In this document: positions 63,870-64,000 of the stretch, piece by piece
Layout of the letters: every line of letters begins with the position of its first letter
How positions within the stretch are numbered: position 1 is the first letter of the stretch
DNA from: Isurus oxyrinchus
Taxonomy: Eukaryota
Reading direction: 5' to 3'
Length of the DNA stretch: 64,000 nt
Assembly (NCBI GenBank): GCA_026770705.1
Contig: JANJGN010000189.1
Coordinates: 186,001 to 250,000, forward strand
Position numbers and translations under genes: made by a program
Notes under the pieces: model-generated
The model's database searches: none
What the model saw: the letters and a program-made list of their open reading frames with translations, nothing else
What the model was told of the DNA's origin: nothing

Positions 63870-64000
63870 GTAGGTGGAAATTCATTCCTTATTTTAAGGT
63901 TTCTCCCTGCTCGTTTCTTCCACAGAAAGTTTTCTGATTTCAAGCTGATTTCAGTGGCAGTCTGTCTCGGTTATACTCAGGAGGCATGTTTGAAATCGAG

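Larger units (their letters stand above)
51890..64000. repeat. Right arm of the inverted segmental duplication (continues past the window end)
   Basis: Mirror of 26570-39200 with scattered substitutions, a longer satellite and loss of left-arm ~29090-31500. Confidence 0.95.

Overview
Vertebrate genomic DNA with spliced genes, (CA)n/(GA)n microsatellites and N gaps. It is most likely from a cartilaginous fish, an inference from the repeat types that the sequence does not prove. The window is a rearranged cluster of Siglec-family (sialic-acid-binding Ig-like lectin) receptor genes. Gene A (- strand, 16.6 kb to beyond the left edge) looks intact: leader, Siglec V-set domain with the essential Arg, C2 domain, then 11 near-identical 282-bp phase-1/1 Ig exons in ~1.1-kb tandem units, giving 13 Ig domains. 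An inverted, 5'-truncated copy of its 3' end (gene B, + strand, 39.9-45.6 kb) has 3 Ig exons (one frameshifted), an uncharged TM and an ITIM+ITSM tail. Orphan tail exons with a broken ITIM lie at 21.3-24.5 kb. A >12-kb inverted duplication (26.6-39.2 kb versus 51.9-64 kb) flanks gene B. Each arm carries a second Siglec (leader + V exon) cut just before its essential Arg by a Ty3/Gypsy gag-protease remnant. Each arm also carries a small secreted-peptide gene missed by the ORF track (TATA box, BMP/SMAD element, signal-peptide exon, 57-nt exon) that resembles a decayed hepcidin-type gene. The rest is LINE, SINE and solo-LTR debris and minisatellites. Exon boundaries were read from GT/AG sites; repeat boundaries are approximate.
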